Assembly: GCA_965197385.1 (NCBI GenBank)
Contig: CBDANA010000007.1
Coordinates: 68,054-132,053, forward strand
Source: Vicinamibacterales bacterium
Lineage (GTDB): Bacteria; Acidobacteriota; Vicinamibacteria; Vicinamibacterales; UBA823
Direction of reading: 5' to 3'
Length of the DNA stretch: 64,000 bases
This document shows positions 9,257 through 17,162 of the stretch, in pieces. The position numbers and the translations under genes were made by a program. The notes beneath the pieces were generated by a model. That model was not told the origin of the DNA. It saw nothing but the letters and a program-made list of their open reading frames with translations, and ran no database searches. The stretch's first letter is position 1. Every line of letters begins with the position of its first letter.

Positions 9257-10831
9257 ATGACAGAGGAGATGAAGATCACCTACGCGACGATGAGCGCCGA
9301 CCAGATGGACGAGCTCCATCGTGGCATCGACCAGGCGATCGAGCAGATCGCGCCGCAGATCGGCCAGACCTATCCGATGTACATCGACGGCGAGCCGATC
9401 GAGTCAGCGGAGCAGTTCGACGATCTGAGCCCGATCGACACCCGCACGGCCTTGGCGCGGTTCCAGACAGGCACCGCCAACCACGTGCGGGACGCGGTCC
9501 GCGCCGCCCGCGTGGCGGCGCCCGGCTGGAGCGCGCGCCCGTGGTCCGAGCGCGTCGCCATCGTTCGCAAGATCGGCGACGGCATCCGCGCGCGTCGCTG
9601 GGAGCTGGCCGCCTGGATGGGACACGAGACCGGCAAGAACCGACTCGAGTGCGTCGGTGACATCGAAGAAGCCGCGGATTTTATGTCGTACTACTGCGAT
9701 CAGATGGAGGCGCACGCCGGCTTCAGCCAGACGATGAACGCGCTGGGACCGAACGAGGAAAACACCAGCGTGATGCGGCCCCACGGTGTCTGGGCGGTCA
9801 TTTCCCCGTTCAACTTCCCGATGGCGCTGGCAGCCGGGCCGGCAGGTGGCGCGCTAGTTGCGGGCAATACCGTCGTGCTCAAACCGGCCACCGACACGCC
9901 GTGGCTCGGCGTCCGGCTCTACGACATCGTCACCGCAGCGGGTGTGCCGCCCGGTGTTTTCAACGTCGTCACCGGGCCGGGCGCTACGGTCGGCCAGGAG
10001 ATTGCCGAGCATCGGGGCATCGACGGCATCGTCTTCACCGGGTCGAAGGAGGTCGGCATGATGCTGCTCCGCGAGAACGGCAGCCGGCCGGCGCCGCGCC
10101 CGGTCATCACCGAGATGGGCGGCAAGAATCCCGCGCTGGTGATGCGCTCGGCGAACCTCGACAAGGCGACTGAGGGAGTTTGGCGCTCGGCATTCGGCGC
10201 GCAGGGTCAGAAGTGCTCCGCCTGCTCCCGCGTGTACGTCGCCTCGGAGATCCGCGACCAGTTCGTCGAGATGCTGGTCGAGAAGACCAAACGGATCAAG
10301 GTCGGAAACCCGATGGAACGGGACGTCTGGATGGGGCCGGTCATCAATGCGGCGGCCGTGAAGACCTACGAGCGCGCGATCGCTGAAGTGAAGCGCGACG
10401 GCGGACGCATCCTGACCGGCGGGCGCCGGATGATGGAGGAGCCGTTCCGCCACGGCTACTTCCTGGAGCCGACCGTCATCGACGGCCTGCCGAAAGACCA
10501 TCGGCTGTTCGTCGACGAGCTGTTCGTCCCGATCACCATCGTCGGCGACATCGACTCGTTCGACGAGGCGATCACGTTCGCCAACGACACCGAATATGGC
10601 CTGACCGCCGGTATCTTCACGGAGGACGATGACGAGATCGCCGCGTTCTTCGACCGGATCCAGGCGGGCGTCGTCTACGCCAATCGCCAGGCCGGCGCAA
10701 CAACCGGCGCCTGGCCCGGCATCAATCCCTTCGGCGGCTGGAAGGCCAGCGGCTCCTCCGGCCGAGGCGCCGGCGGCCCGCACTACGTCCAGCAGTTCCT
10801 GAGAGAACAGAGCCGGGTGCGGATCTCCTAG
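9257..10831 (+). CDS. aldehyde dehydrogenase family protein (1-pyrroline-5-carboxylate dehydrogenase-like)
   Basis: 524 aa with EMGGKNP and the catalytic-Cys motif FGAQGQKCSACSRVYV, typical of the P5CDH-type ALDH subfamily. Confidence 0.9.
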   Translation: MTEEMKITYATMSADQMDELHRGIDQAIEQIAPQIGQTYPMYIDGEPIESAEQFDDLSPIDTRTALARFQTGTANHVRDAVRAARVAAPGWSARPWSERVAIVRKIGDGIRARRWELAAWMGHETGKNRLECVGDIEEAADFMSYYCDQMEAHAGFSQTMNALGPNEENTSVMRPHGVWAVISPFNFPMALAAGPAGGALVAGNTVVLKPATDTPWLGVRLYDIVTAAGVPPGVFNVVTGPGATVGQEIAEHRGIDGIVFTGSKEVGMMLLRENGSRPAPRPVITEMGGKNPALVMRSANLDKATEGVWRSAFGAQGQKCSACSRVYVASEIRDQFVEMLVEKTKRIKVGNPMERDVWMGPVINAAAVKTYERAIAEVKRDGGRILTGGRRMMEEPFRHGYFLEPTVIDGLPKDHRLFVDELFVPITIVGDIDSFDEAITFANDTEYGLTAGIFTEDDDEIAAFFDRIQAGVVYANRQAGATTGAWPGINPFGGWKASGSSGRGAGGPHYVQQFLREQSRVRIS

Positions 10832-11138
10832 GCTCTGGGCTCTGGGCTCTGGGCTCTGGGCTCTGGGCTCTGGGCTCCGGGCTCCGGGCTCTGGGCTCTG
10901 GGCTCCGGGCTCCGGGCTCTGGGCTCTGGGCTCTGGGCTCTGGGCTCTGGGCTCTGGGCTCTGGGCTCTGGGCTCTGGGCTCTGGGCTCTGGGCTCTGGG
11001 CTCTGGGCTCTGGGCTCCGGGCTCCGGGCTCCGGGCTCCGGGCTCCGGGCTCCGGGCTCTGGGCTCTGGGCTCTGGGCTCCGGGCTCCGGGCTCCGGGCT
11101 CCGGGCTCTGGGCTCCGGGCTCTGGGCTCCGGGCTCTG
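10831..11138. repeat. tandem heptanucleotide array, 44 perfect units GGCTC[T/C]G
   Basis: Counted by hand; the phase is constant over 308 nt. Variant order is T6 C2 T2 C2 T14 C6 T3 C4 T C T C T. The first G is the last base of the ALDH TAG stop. Two degenerate units (GGCTTTC, GGCTCTT) follow. Confidence 0.95.
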
Positions 11139-11177
11139 GGCTTTCGGCTCTTGACCTCGGAGCCGTCATCTTCGTGC

Positions 11178-11198
11178 GAGAGCCGAGAGCCGAGAGCC
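11178..11198. repeat. inverted partner block (GAGAGCC)x3
   Basis: GAGAGCC GAGAGCC GAGAGCC is the near reverse complement of GGCTCTG (one mismatch per unit). It lies 39 nt after the main array and 13 nt before the LOG stop. Confidence 0.7.
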
Positions 11199-11211
11199 TC
11201 TACGCCCTCAG

Positions 11212-11790
11212 TCAGCCTTCCAGCTCGATCAGCTTCTCCACGACAGGCGGCGTGTAGGCGGCGAATCGATCGAGGAGCTGGCCGGGGTCGGCGCTTACGA
11301 GCAGCACGTCCCGGTGCTCGGACTGTAGGAAGCGCTCGGCGGCCGCGTGATCGAGAAACGCAAGCAGCCGGTCGAAATATCCACGCACGTTGAGCAGCCC
11401 GCACGGCTTGCGGTGCAGCCCGAGCTGGCCCCACGTCAGCGCCTCGCACAACTCGTCGAGGGTGCCGAACCCGCCGGGCATGGCGACGAAGCCGTCGGCG
11501 AGCTCGGCCAGGACCGCCTTGCGCTCGTGCATCGATTCCACGACGCGCAGGTCGGTCAGGCCGTTGTGCGCCGCCTCCTTTTCGACGAGCGCTCGAGGGA
11601 TCACGCCGACGACCTCCCCGCCCCGGGCCAGTACCTCGTCGGCCATCGCGCCCATCAGCCCAATCCGGGCGCCACCGTAGACCAGACCCAGCTTGCGGCG
11701 TACGATCGCGTTACCCATCGTGCGGGCCGTGTCCAGATACGCCCCATCGCCCCCAGAGCTCGAGCCGCAGAACACGCAAATGCGTTTCAT
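11212..11790 (-). CDS. LOG family protein (TIGR00730; cytokinin riboside 5'-monophosphate phosphoribohydrolase-like)
   Basis: 192 aa with ICVFCGSS, VYGGARIGLMG and the PGGFGTLDE motif. Confidence 0.9.
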   Translation of the reverse strand: MKRICVFCGSSSGGDGAYLDTARTMGNAIVRRKLGLVYGGARIGLMGAMADEVLARGGEVVGVIPRALVEKEAAHNGLTDLRVVESMHERKAVLAELADGFVAMPGGFGTLDELCEALTWGQLGLHRKPCGLLNVRGYFDRLLAFLDHAAAERFLQSEHRDVLLVSADPGQLLDRFAAYTPPVVEKLIELEG

Positions 11791-11792
11791 GG

Positions 11793-11834
11793 CCTCCTCT
11801 ACCTCCTACCTCCTGTCGCCTGCCTCCTGCCTCC
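11793..11834. repeat. heptamer repeat T[A/G]CCTCC (about 6 units)
   Basis: CCTCCTC TACCTCC TACCTCC TGTCGCC TGCCTCC TGCCTCC. On the minus strand these read as tandem GGAGG motifs directly upstream of the LOG ATG. Confidence 0.6.
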
Positions 11835-11849
11835 TATATTGTTACGTCA

Positions 11850-12974
11850 ATGTACCTGATCGATCTTCCCACCCCGCAGGTTCTCGTCGATCGCGCACGG
11901 CTCATGGCGAACATCGACCGGATGCAGGCAGCCGCGACGGCTGGCGGCATGGCGCTACGGCCGCACACGAAGACGCACAAAAGCCCGCGGATCGCCCGGT
12001 GGCAGCTCGAACGCGGCGCCGTCGGCCTCTGCTGCGCCAAGATTGGCGAGGCCGAGGTGTTCGCCGACGCCGGCATCACCGACATCCGCGTGCCCTACCC
12101 CATCAACCCGTCCAATGCCGCGCGGGTGCTCGCGCTGATGGATCGCGTCCAACTCTCGATCATCGTCGACCACGCCGAGGTTGCCGAGCAGTGGTCCGAG
12201 GCTATGACGACCGCCGGCACGCGGCTCGACGTCCTCGTCAAAGTGGACGTCGGCTACCACCGGTGCGGAATCTGGCCAGGCCCGACCAACGCCGTTCCAT
12301 TCCTCTCACGGGTCGCCGACCTGCCCGGCCTGCGCTTCCGCGGCCTGCTCAGCCATGCGGGACAGAGTTACGACGTGAAATCGAAGCCCGAGCTGATCGC
12401 CGTGGCCCGGGAGGAAGCTCGGATGCTCCGGGATCTCGCCGACGCGGCGCGGCACGCGGGCGTGGCCGTCGAAGAGATCAGCGTCGGTTCGACGGCGACG
12501 GCGCTCCTGAGTGCCGCCGAGCCGGGTCTCACCGAGCTGCGGCCGGGCAACTACGTCTACTACGACCGCAGCCAGGTGGCGATCGGATCGGCCGACGTGG
12601 ATGATTGCGCGCTTTCCGTCATGGCAACCGTTGTGAGCAAGCCGGCAACCGACCGGATCATCCTGGACTGCGGGAGCAAGACGCTCACCTCCGACACCGG
12701 CCGGGGCATGGTCCGCCCGAAGGGCTACGGCGCGGTCTTCGCCTCCCTCGACGCGGTCACCCCGGACGATTCGCTGGTGATCGAACGGTTGTCCGAGGAG
12801 CATGGCGTCGTGCAGGTGGAAAGCGGCGCGACGAGACTCGAGCCTGGCGATCGGGTCCGCGTCCTGCCGAATCACGCTTGCGTCGTGTCGAATCTGGTGG
12901 ATACGGTCTGTCTCGTGGAAGGTGAGACAATTGTCGAGCAGCTGCCGATCGAGGCGAGGGGGAAGATTACCTAG
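11850..12974 (+). CDS. alanine-racemase-fold PLP enzyme, D-threonine aldolase / D-serine dehydratase-like (DSD1) family
   Basis: 374 aa. The LRPHTKTHKSP motif (PLP lysine) is typical of the D-TA/DSD1 family. Confidence 0.8.
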   Translation: MYLIDLPTPQVLVDRARLMANIDRMQAAATAGGMALRPHTKTHKSPRIARWQLERGAVGLCCAKIGEAEVFADAGITDIRVPYPINPSNAARVLALMDRVQLSIIVDHAEVAEQWSEAMTTAGTRLDVLVKVDVGYHRCGIWPGPTNAVPFLSRVADLPGLRFRGLLSHAGQSYDVKSKPELIAVAREEARMLRDLADAARHAGVAVEEISVGSTATALLSAAEPGLTELRPGNYVYYDRSQVAIGSADVDDCALSVMATVVSKPATDRIILDCGSKTLTSDTGRGMVRPKGYGAVFASLDAVTPDDSLVIERLSEEHGVVQVESGATRLEPGDRVRVLPNHACVVSNLVDTVCLVEGETIVEQLPIEARGKIT

Positions 12975-13470
12975 CCGAACCTGCCTTCGCCTTGGTCGCC
13001 GCGGCGCGCTTCTTGGGACGTTTCGCGCGGGCGCGCGAGCTGAGCTCCTTTAGCCCCTCCCCTTCGCCGAGGACCAGCAGGGGCTGGCTTGGCGCGCGTA
13101 GCAGGTTGTAGAACTCTCCCTTGGCCGTCCGTGCGTAGACCTCCCGGCCGTCGGTGAGCAGCGTGACGGCGCCGCCGCCGCGAATTGCGTCGTAGAGTCG
13201 GACGCCGAACCGCCGTTTCAACGTCTTGAGCAGCACCCGGATCTTGTGGACCGAGAATCCGCGGCGGCGCAGATCGGCCAGGACCAGCAGCTCGTACAAC
13301 TCGACCGGCGAGTACCGGCGCTCCGTGAAGCCGCCCGCGTCGGTGCGGTGGGATGCAACGATCGAGGTCAGCAGCTTATGCGCGTCCCACCACTGGAGCT
13401 GGCGGGCTGACAACCCGGTCAGCGCGGCGACCTCGCGCGAGCTATAGGTCTTCTTGAGCCGCACCGCCAT
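12967..13470 (-). CDS. MerR-family HTH transcriptional regulator
   Basis: The N-terminal YSSREVAALTGLSARQLQWWDAHKLL is MerR-type HTH. The C-terminal tail is lysine/alanine-rich and basic. Confidence 0.7.
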   Translation of the reverse strand: MAVRLKKTYSSREVAALTGLSARQLQWWDAHKLLTSIVASHRTDAGGFTERRYSPVELYELLVLADLRRRGFSVHKIRVLLKTLKRRFGVRLYDAIRGGGAVTLLTDGREVYARTAKGEFYNLLRAPSQPLLVLGEGEGLKELSSRARAKRPKKRAAATKAKAGSAR

Positions 13471-13477
13471 CAGACCC

Positions 13478-14071
13478 TCACCGCGCGGCGACGGATCGCT
13501 CCGCCGGTCGGCGCGGCGCGGGGTCCCAGGTGTCCGGACGTCGTTGTCCGCCCCACCCCCAGTACACCGCCGGCGGCAGCGGCGCGACGGGCTTGGTCAC
13601 CCGCGACGGTGCGAAGAACGGGTCGACGCCGCAGGCGAACGGACGCAGAGACTGCGCCTTCGGCTCACCGTGCCGACGCCTCCCCAACCTGACAGGCGAA
13701 CGCACGACAGTCTGGAACACGGGCCATATGGTCAGCGCGGGCGCCGGCCAATCCATCATCGTCCGCGCCGGCCGCGCCGGACCGGACACCGGCGGCACGG
13801 GCGTGACGACGGGAGGCGCCGACCGCCCGCTGCGCAGCATCGCCGCGAGCACACGCTCGCTGACACCGGCGTTCTTCAACTCCAGCACCCGCTGGGCGTC
13901 CAGATCGTACTGGACCGGATCGATGTCGATCAGGACCAGGATAACCTCGTCGCCGAGGCCGGCACGGGACAGCTCGACGATGTCGCGCACACTGACCGCA
14001 CCCAGTTGGACCGCGGTCGAGATCCACAGCAGCACGCCGACGACGAGCACTCGAGTGCGCATGGCGTTCAC
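13478..14071 (-). CDS. secreted hypothetical protein
   Basis: Signal-peptide-like N-terminus (RTRVLVVGVLLWISTAVQLGA). Two short helical repeats (SRAGLGDEVILVLI / KNAGVSERVLAAML) are followed by a Pro/Arg-rich tail. Confidence 0.5.
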   Translation of the reverse strand: MNAMRTRVLVVGVLLWISTAVQLGAVSVRDIVELSRAGLGDEVILVLIDIDPVQYDLDAQRVLELKNAGVSERVLAAMLRSGRSAPPVVTPVPPVSGPARPARTMMDWPAPALTIWPVFQTVVRSPVRLGRRRHGEPKAQSLRPFACGVDPFFAPSRVTKPVAPLPPAVYWGWGGQRRPDTWDPAPRRPAERSVAAR

Positions 14072-14084
14072 CTCCGCTCATCCA

Positions 14085-15575
14085 TCATCCCCCAAACCCA
14101 GAATCCAGCAGCGCGAACCGGAGCCCGTAGTAGAAGGCGATCGACAGGCCGGCGCCCACCGGGATCGTCACCGCCCAGCTTACAACGATGTCGCGCATCA
14201 CGCGAAGGTTCAGCGAGCCGATGCCTCTGGCCAGGCCGACGCCGATGACCGCGCCCACGAGGGTATGGGTCGTCGAGACCGGCAGGCCCAACGGCAGAAT
14301 CGACGCCAGCAAGATCGTGATGGCTGCGGCAAACTCGGCGCAGAATCCACGGCTTGGCGTCAGCTCCGTGATTCGCCGGCCGACGGTCTCGATGACACGC
14401 CATCCCCAGGTCGCGAGGCCGACCACGATGCCCGCGCCGCCGAGGGCGAGGGTCCAGCCTGGCACCGCGGCCTGGAGCGCAACCTCGCCCGTGACGACCG
14501 CCTGATACGCGGCCGACATCGGGCCGATGGCGTTCGCCACGTCGTTCGATCCGTGCGCGAAGGCGACGAAGCTTGCCGTGAGAATCTGGAGGTACACGAA
14601 GATCTTTTCCACGTGCTGCAGCTGGGTCGAGTCGGTGCCGAACCTCAACTGGGTCCGAGCGCTGTTCTGCAGATCTTCGATGTTCTTGACCAGCGTGGCG
14701 ACCTGATCGTTCGTCCGGCCGTCGGTCACATGCTGGACCCGCTGCAGATGGGCGGTCGCCTTGTCCAGCGCGCGTGAGAGCTCGGCGTAGCGGACCGGGT
14801 TGGGTGTGCCGACCTCGCTTTCGGGGATGACCCGCACCATCCGGCGTGTCGTCGCCATCCCCCCGAATCCCGCGACGCCGGCCACCACGATGATCAGCAG
14901 CATGATCCGGGGGTCGAACGGATCAATGCTCAGGCGTGCCCACAGCGGGTTCAGGCCCTTGAACGTCGCCACGCCGATCAGGACGATCAAGACGAGGAAC
15001 ACGAGGTATGGCGCCAGCTGTTTGGCGGCCGCCACCGGGTTGTCCTTGAAGAACACTCTGCGCAAGATCGTCCGGAAGAGCACGTAGGCGATGGTGCCGG
15101 ACAGGAGCGGTGAGACGATCCAGCCCACCGTGATCAGGCCGACCTGCGGCCAGTCCACGTTGCCGAACCCCACGCCCACGCAGCCGAAGCCGACCACCGC
15201 GCCGACAATCGAGTGGGTCGTCGACACCGGCCGGCGGAAGTAAGACGCCCACATCAGCCAGGTTCCGCTGGCCAGGAGCGCCGCGATCATCCCCAGCGCC
15301 AGGATCACCGCCGCTTGATCGCCGTGGATGCCCGGCAGCAGCCCCGGGTCGAACAGCTTCTTCCGCACCGTTTCGGACACGTTCGCGCCGACGAGAAACG
15401 CACCCAAGAACTCGAAGATGCCGGCTACGATCACCGCTTGCTTCAAGGTCAGGGCGCCTGACCCGACGGACGTGCCCATCGCGTTCGCCACGTCGTTCGC
15501 CCCGATGTTCCACGCCGTGTAGAACCCGACAATCAGGACGAGGGCGATCAAGGCGCCTTCGATGCCGGTCATCAC
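14085..15575 (-). CDS. inorganic phosphate transporter, PiT (PHO4) family
   Basis: 496 aa, polytopic. The GANDVANAMGTSVGS signature is repeated in the C-terminal half (GSNDVANAIGP). Confidence 0.92.
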   Translation of the reverse strand: MMTGIEGALIALVLIVGFYTAWNIGANDVANAMGTSVGSGALTLKQAVIVAGIFEFLGAFLVGANVSETVRKKLFDPGLLPGIHGDQAAVILALGMIAALLASGTWLMWASYFRRPVSTTHSIVGAVVGFGCVGVGFGNVDWPQVGLITVGWIVSPLLSGTIAYVLFRTILRRVFFKDNPVAAAKQLAPYLVFLVLIVLIGVATFKGLNPLWARLSIDPFDPRIMLLIIVVAGVAGFGGMATTRRMVRVIPESEVGTPNPVRYAELSRALDKATAHLQRVQHVTDGRTNDQVATLVKNIEDLQNSARTQLRFGTDSTQLQHVEKIFVYLQILTASFVAFAHGSNDVANAIGPMSAAYQAVVTGEVALQAAVPGWTLALGGAGIVVGLATWGWRVIETVGRRITELTPSRGFCAEFAAAITILLASILPLGLPVSTTHTLVGAVIGVGLARGIGSLNLRVMRDIVVSWAVTIPVGAGLSIAFYYGLRFALLDSGFGG

Positions 15576-15620
15576 CGTCTCCGCGTGCCGTTGCCTCTAG
15601 GAGAGAACGCGCGAGGAAGC

Positions 15621-16298
15621 TTACTTGGACTCGAGGATGGCCAGCGTGCGATTCGCCAGGTTCTCGGACCCGTTGGACAGGCTCGCGAGCTGGCGAATCA
15701 GCTGCATCCACAGATACAGATCGCCGGAGGACAGTTCCGTTTCCAGGGCGAAGAAGTCTTTCAACAGTTTTCGCTGGATCAGATCGACCTCATGCTCCGC
15801 GTAGGCCACGTCGTGGACCATCGTGCGGATCTTGTCGGCGGCCACGCCGCCGAAGCCTGTTTCGACCAGCTCGTCGAACTGATCGATGATCTTCTCGACC
15901 AGGTTGACCGCCTTGATGTTCACGTCGCGAAACTCCCGGAACTGGTCGGCGATACTCGGGAGGATCTTCAGCCGCTTGATGGTCAGCAGCACGGCGACGT
16001 CTTCCGCGCGATCGGCCAGACTGTCCTGGAGCGCCAGGATCTCCAGCACGCGTCCCCGGTCGATCGGCAGGAACAATCGTCTGGTCAGGTTGCCGCGGAT
16101 CTCGTCCTTGATCTTGTCGGCCACGTGTTCCATCCGCGAGATCTCCTCCGCCGCCGATTCGACGTCCGCCCAGGACTCTCGTTCGAACGCGTCGAGCGCT
16201 TCGCACATCTTGGCGACACAGGTCGCCACCTGTCCCATGTGTTGCTGGAGGAGGCGGAATGGCGACCATCCGAACAGTTTTCCAAGCGCATTCGTCAT
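15621..16298 (-). CDS. DUF47/TIGR00153 family phosphate-transport regulator (PhoU-like)
   Basis: 225 aa helical protein directly upstream of PiT, which is the canonical pairing. It contains EHxAD-type motifs (MEHVADKIKDEI, AEHEVDLIQ). Confidence 0.88.
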   Translation of the reverse strand: MTNALGKLFGWSPFRLLQQHMGQVATCVAKMCEALDAFERESWADVESAAEEISRMEHVADKIKDEIRGNLTRRLFLPIDRGRVLEILALQDSLADRAEDVAVLLTIKRLKILPSIADQFREFRDVNIKAVNLVEKIIDQFDELVETGFGGVAADKIRTMVHDVAYAEHEVDLIQRKLLKDFFALETELSSGDLYLWMQLIRQLASLSNGSENLANRTLAILESK

Positions 16299-16491
16299 AC
16301 GGATGCCCTCCTTGTATTAGAGCCGCGCACGCTCAACACGACCGCGGGTCGGTGTCGGCTTCTCAACCGGCACGTCGAACGCCATGAGCGGCACGGACGA
16401 CCGGACGCGGGTCGGTTGAGGAAGCACCAGCGACGTCGTTCATCGGACGAGTAGGTCTGCAACGACGACGGGGGGTGAGGGCGAGCCGGCG

Positions 16492-16533
16492 TCAGTCCTC
16501 AGTCCTCAGTCCTCAGTCATCAGTCGTCAGTGG
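16492..16533. repeat. heptamer repeat TCAGTCN x6
   Basis: TCAGTCC x3, TCAGTCA, TCAGTCG, TCAGTGG. The last unit contains the TGA stop of ORF 16527..16961. On the minus strand, TGA recurs every 7 nt and so falls in all three frames. Confidence 0.75.
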
Positions 16534-16961
16534 GTTCCCGGCGCGACCACGAGCGGCTGGCCGTTGACCGACAGGGACTGGACCGGCGTCGTCAGGAGCT
16601 CGCGGCCCGGCACCAGCAGCACCATCCGGAAGCCGAGCAGAATCCAGCCGAGCTTCACCAGCGTGCCCCGGCCCGACAACGTCGCGCCCAGGACGTGCAT
16701 GGCGGACTCTTCGGTGACGTGCTTGCCGTCGCTGGTGCCAATCCCAGCACACTTGGTGGGATTTTCCAGCCGCAGGGTATATGCCGTGTTACGGGTGCGC
16801 ATGACGAGCGTGTCCCCTGGCTGTAGTTGACGCGCGTCGATGCCTGGCGCAGCATCGCCATGCCCGATCAGGTCGTTGATGTCGAGATGATGGAGCGTCC
16901 GGACCGATCGACGTCGCGGAGGTACGAGCGAAATCTTGGCAATGGAAGTTGTCAACGGCAA
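16527..16961 (-). CDS. hypothetical protein
   Basis: 144-aa ORF with coding-like composition. No family recognised. Confidence 0.45.
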   Translation of the reverse strand: MPLTTSIAKISLVPPRRRSVRTLHHLDINDLIGHGDAAPGIDARQLQPGDTLVMRTRNTAYTLRLENPTKCAGIGTSDGKHVTEESAMHVLGATLSGRGTLVKLGWILLGFRMVLLVPGRELLTTPVQSLSVNGQPLVVAPGTH

Positions 16962-17162
16962 CCTCGTGGTTAACCCTGAGCGAGTTGACGCGTATTGTCA
17001 AGCGACTGGCGATCAGGGTCGGCTCGGCGCGACGGTTGCCTCTGAGCCGGTCCCCGGGACAGGACAGGTGTCATCCTGGCGCGACGGCGGGTCGTGAAGG
17101 ACGGTCTGGTAAACTGTTGATACGAAGGATGTTCCATGGAGACATCCTGAACGATAATAGGC

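Noticed and set aside
10831-11138. Possible CRISPR array
   Set aside because: The units are 7 nt and directly abutting, with no spacers. There are no cas genes nearby, and the unit is too short for a CRISPR repeat.
9854-11449. 531-aa minus-strand ORF (and nested 10828..11169) encoding SPEPRAQ/SPEPGAR heptapeptide repeats
   Set aside because: It is a by-product of the stop-free GGCTCYG heptamer array (three units make 21 nt). It also runs antisense through the well-supported ALDH gene and into the LOG gene in another frame. It has no start context and no plausible domain.
16962-17162. Near-palindrome GGATGTTCCATGGAGACATCC in the spacer before gene 17163
   Set aside because: Only 6 outer bp pair perfectly and the centre is imperfect. 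On its own it is too weak to call an operator or RNA element.
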